Part shown: positions 63,318-64,000 of the stretch, one piece after another
How the letters are laid out: each line of letters opens with the position of its first letter
Numbering within the stretch: the first letter of the stretch is position 1
Source: Nemertoderma westbladi
Taxonomy: Eukaryota > Animalia > Xenacoelomorpha
DNA length: 64,000 bases
Assembly: GCA_032718475.1 (NCBI GenBank)
Contig: JAUCBJ010001490.1
Span: 97,951 to 161,950 of the forward strand
Direction of reading: 5' to 3'
Translations under genes and position numbers: made by a program
Notes under the pieces: model-generated
What the model was told of the DNA's origin: nothing
What the model saw: only the letters and a program-made list of their open reading frames with translations
The model's database searches: none

Positions 63318-63846
63318 GGTCATTTGTTTGAAGTCTAATATCCTTTAATCAATCTTCAATCGTCAATCTTTTCTTTATTGATGAATTGAAACCAAACTTA
63401 TTAGGCTGAATTTGAAATAGAAAGTCTGAAATATAATATATATTTTTATAAATTTATTTTTTTACTTCTAGAGTTATCACTGTCATTCCGTCTACCAGTT
63501 TGTCCGTCAAAATTTAGAAGACAGACAGACAGATAAACCATCAGACAGACATACAGTACTACAGTAGATACAACCAAACAATAAAACTGACGTCGGAAAT
63601 GAAATTACCGAATATTGATAATTTTAATAAGGTGGTATGAATCTACAGTATAGTGTCAAACATTACTAGCAATTTAACAGTTCCCAGACAGACAGGTGTG
63701 AGTGGGAATGTTCACTTTTTTATTCGAATTCGATAATTTATGGCTCATTTGAAAGGTTTTTTTTTAAACTTTCCAGCACATTTTTGAAACTTTTTTTGCG
63801 AAATTTAATAAATTTTACACAATTTTAATAAAAATTTTGTTTTTTT

Positions 63847-64000
63847 TGTGGGGCGAGCCACGAAGTGAGTGAGCCTTAGCGTAGTGGTACCATTAATCAA
63901 CCTGTCGTTCTGTCGTTCTGTCGTTCTGTCGTTCTGTCGTGTTCAATTTTAAACGTTAATAACTTGGCCAATCTTTGATGAAATCTATCCAAACTTGGTA
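63847..64000. mobile_element. Third copy of the ~1.6 kb HINE-like element, inverted, running off the window
   Basis: Reverse complement of ~32086-32223 with a single terminus. Confidence 0.85.

Overview
Repeat-rich genomic DNA from an invertebrate animal (GT-AG introns, metazoan gene set, no prokaryotic features). Genes, left to right: the 5' exons of a calponin/transgelin-family gene (-); intronless NOC4L (+); a tandem pair of GPx4/PHGPx-type glutathione peroxidases (+); intronless AREL1 HECT ligase (-); and a large multi-exon PDE1 gene (+). Two PDE1 introns carry antisense intronless genes: a PPIG-type SR cyclophilin and an unusual WD40-CARD gene. The GPx pair is the most notable system. 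One copy has an in-frame UGA (Sec) and a type II SECIS about 2.1 kb downstream of its stop, at the tip of a long, GU-rich, heavily base-paired putative 3'UTR. Its upstream twin has an intact ORF with GGA (Gly) at the Sec position and a new CxxC. Mobile DNA includes an IS3EU-like element with ~720-770 bp minisatellite-bearing TIRs, nested DINE-1/HINE-like elements joined at ACA, foldback MITEs, a young CR1/L2-group LINE and CRE-like fragments. TA-flanked mini-insertions (TACAGTA, TAGGCCTA) are abundant and look like transposon excision footprints. All calls come from reading the sequence by eye; no searches or folding programs were run.
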